Source: Aplysia californica (taxonomy: Eukaryota). From it: a stretch of 64,000 bases of DNA. The position numbers and the translations under genes were made by a program. This document shows, in pieces, positions 61,370-64,000 of the stretch (the stretch's first letter is position 1; the number at the start of each line of letters is the position of its first letter). The notes under the pieces were generated by a model, which ran no database searches, was not told where the DNA came from, and saw only the letters and a list, made by a program, of their open reading frames with translations. The DNA is taken from contig NW_004797455.1 in the NCBI RefSeq assembly GCF_000002075.1, positions 1,144,177 through 1,208,176 of the forward strand, written 5' to 3'.

Positions 61370-62600
61370 GGTACTGGAAATGAGAATGAGACCAATTGTA
61401 GAGACTCAACTCAGTGAATCCCAGTTTGGCTTCAGAAAAGGCAGGAGCTGTACTGACGTTATTTTTGCATTAAGACAGTTGTGTGAGACTGCCATTGCAC
61501 ATGACAAAGACCTCAATATCGTCTTCTTTGATCAGGAAAAGGCATTTGACCGGGTAAATAGATGCTGACTTTGAGAAGTCTTAGAGGAATATGGTGTTAC
61601 AGGACAATTGCTGGAGAACATCTTGGCACTTTATAAAAACAGCCTGTGTGCCGTAAGATCAACAGAAGGACTATCGGACTGGTTCCCCATCAGGTCTGGG
61701 GTCTGGGGTGAGACAAGGGTATGTTTTCTCTCTGTTTCTCTTCATCACTTGCATGGATAAGATCACGAAAGCAGCAAATGACAACATCATTGAATTGAAC
61801 GAGCTTTTATTTGCTGATGACCAGAGTATATTATATACAAATGAAAAGGAATTACAAAAACAGACCACTAAACTAAATGAGGAATGTAAACACCTGAACA
61901 TGAAAATCTCCATCTCAAAAACAGAAGTTATGAAGATCAGTAGAAACTCAGGGAAACTCAACATCCTTATTGACAGAACACAGATCCTTCAAGGAGAGGA
62001 ATTTAAATATTTGGGAAGCATCTTCACACAAGATGGACATATGGACAAAGAAATAGAAACAAGAAGTATGAAGGCAAATGCAATGACCTACCAACTAGCA
62101 CCCCTGCTCAGTCACAAGAACATCCCAACCGAAGTGAAATCCCAGCTCATCAATAGTATCTTCATACCAACATTAACATACTAGTTCAAACATGGTCTCT
62201 GAACAAGGCACAAGAAAGAAAAACCAATGCATGCGAAATGAGGTATCTCTGCAAATCCATCAAAGTCACCAGAACAGGCCGCATAAGAAACGAAACCATA
62301 CATCTACAAACTGGAATACCACCAGTAATAAAATTCATAGAGCGTCAAAGGGTCAAATGGTTTGGACATCTAACCAGAATGCCCCAGAAATAACTAGTGA
62401 CTAGAGCTTACAACACCCGAGAATCAGGCTTCGAATCAAGAGGAAGACCAAGAAAGACCTTTCTGGATGGGGTTAAAAAGGTCCTGGAACAACATGACAT
62501 ATCTGTCACAGATGCTACACACCTACCATAGGACAGAAACCTGCACCTCCCCTCAACATCCTAAGGATACCAGAGGGAGCAAAAAGTAAAAGTAAAGTAC
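61370..62600 (+). mobile_element. 5'-truncated, degenerate RTE-clade LINE (reverse transcriptase)
   Basis: QFGFRKGRSCTDVIF, FFDQEKAFDRV, GVRQG, LLFADD, KTEVM, FKYLGS, WFGHLTRM and RGRPRKT motifs, with stops and frameshifts, and an AAAGT-repeat tail. Confidence 0.92.
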
Positions 62601-63454
62601 TAAATGGTCAGCCTTTGAAATAAGATCCAATTGTTTCAGAAGGACATTAGATTTTAGATTTTTACAAACGTTCTTTTCTGAAGTTTGACTAATTTTTAAG
62701 ACTCTGAAAGGAATTGATTGGATACAGGTGTCTTTCTTTGTGAATGGTGTCCCACAGTTCGTGGTTTCAATGTTAGAGTATGATTTTCAATACTCTTGTC
62801 TCATGAAAGAATACTGTTTATTTCTTCAAAATGAGTGCTGTTTTTTCTTTTCCATTCTGATATGATTTTTAACTAGAACTGAACTGCTGATTGCTACTAC
62901 CAGAAACTTAATTCACAGTGTTGGTTATCAGTTAAGGAACATCTTATTATGTACATGTATAAAAGTTTAGAAAATGTATTTATGGATGGAGAGTTTTTTC
63001 ATTAACTGAGAGTCCCCCCCCCCCCCCCCGCCCTTAAACCTGGTACAGAAAAGAAAAGTGCCTTGCAAGCTGCCGCTCTATGACTTTGGGGCAACGTTCT
63101 TGTGTCATTGTAAATGTATTTTAATCTGGCTTTAGGAGGAAGTGTGTGTTAGCCTTGTATTATAAATGTTCAAACCTGCTTCAAATTGTGGGAAGATATA
63201 ACAAGATTGTGATTTATCTGTACTTTATTTGGTTTGTGGCTTGTTTTCAGCAATAAGTGGAAGATTTTGTTTCAGTATTTCAAGTTTTCAGCTTGTTGCG
63301 TCAGAGTTGTTTTATATACACAACATTGCTCTGAGTGGAAACGTAATGCAAGTTAAAATTGTAGTGAATTGCCAAGAAATAAGAGGAAGGATTGTTTCAA
63401 CTTTTTTTTTTTCAAATTATGTTTTATATCAATGCCATGAACTTACTGATTACC

Positions 63455-64000
63455 ATTAATAAGAATAAATGACATTTATGTAGCGCTCAACCCTGATTAA
63501 ACTACACAGGCCCTGAGCGCTTTACAATACAGTACAACGTACAACAGTAACATAAAACGTGTTCTGACTAAAAGAAAATCTCTCCAAATATCCATCTTAT
63601 TAATTTAAAAACAGAAATGACTTCAGCTGACATTTGAATGAATCAAAAGATTTGATCTCTCTTAAAGTACTTGGTAAAGCTTTCCAGATCTTGGGGCCTT
63701 GGTATTCAAATGCCCTTTCATTCCTTTCACCCATTGTTTTAAGTTTCATAGATGGTAAAATAAATTTCTTTTTGTCAGCTGATGACCTTAAACTGCGAGT
63801 TGGAATGTACAGTCTTAACAGATTTGATAAATATGATAGCGCATTATCATTCAAACATTTCTGACATAGGGTGGCCAACTTGGACACTATTCTTTTCTCA
63901 ACGGGGAGCCAATGCAATGTCCGTAAAAGAGGTGTAGCAGAGTCTCGCTTTCTTTTCCGTAAAACTAAACGTGCAGCATTGTTTTGGACAGTTTGAAGTC
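63455..64000 (-). mobile_element. L2/CR1-clade LINE 3' part
   Basis: LQTVQNNAARLV...TPLLRTLHWLPVEKRI...RSLRS...RAFEYQGPKIWKALP...FKCQLK. 3' stem AGCGCTCA...TGAGCGCT. A related tail lies at about 9210-9290. Confidence 0.9.

Overview
Eukaryotic, AT-rich, intron-rich metazoan genomic DNA with three assembly gaps. A lophotrochozoan or gastropod origin is my inference only. Three spliced genes can be assembled by hand with consistent splice phases. (1) + strand, 2729-17510, 14 exons, about 525 aa: a polynucleotide-kinase-like (AAA_33/PNKP-type) P-loop domain and a HAD phosphatase-like domain, both with degenerate catalytic motifs, fused to a C-terminal CYREN/MRI-like module (IPSWM ... RTVYLMTEKELCNIARQVL). 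This candidate NHEJ-linked double pseudoenzyme is the most striking finding. (2) - strand, 48318-22018, 19-20 exons, about 681-732 aa: a SENP1/2-like SUMO protease with an intact C48 triad and a tandemly duplicated exon carrying a SUMO-interacting-motif-like sequence. (3) + strand from 48623, continuing past the window end: a DUF1295 (steroid 5-alpha-reductase-like) membrane protein, head-to-head with the SENP gene and containing a GC-AG intron. Introns hold LINE fragments (RTE, L2, RNase H-bearing), tRNA-derived SINEs, Mutator-, hAT-, piggyBac- and Tc1-like MITEs (several with clear TSDs), and simple repeats. Most short ORFs in the supplied track are spurious.
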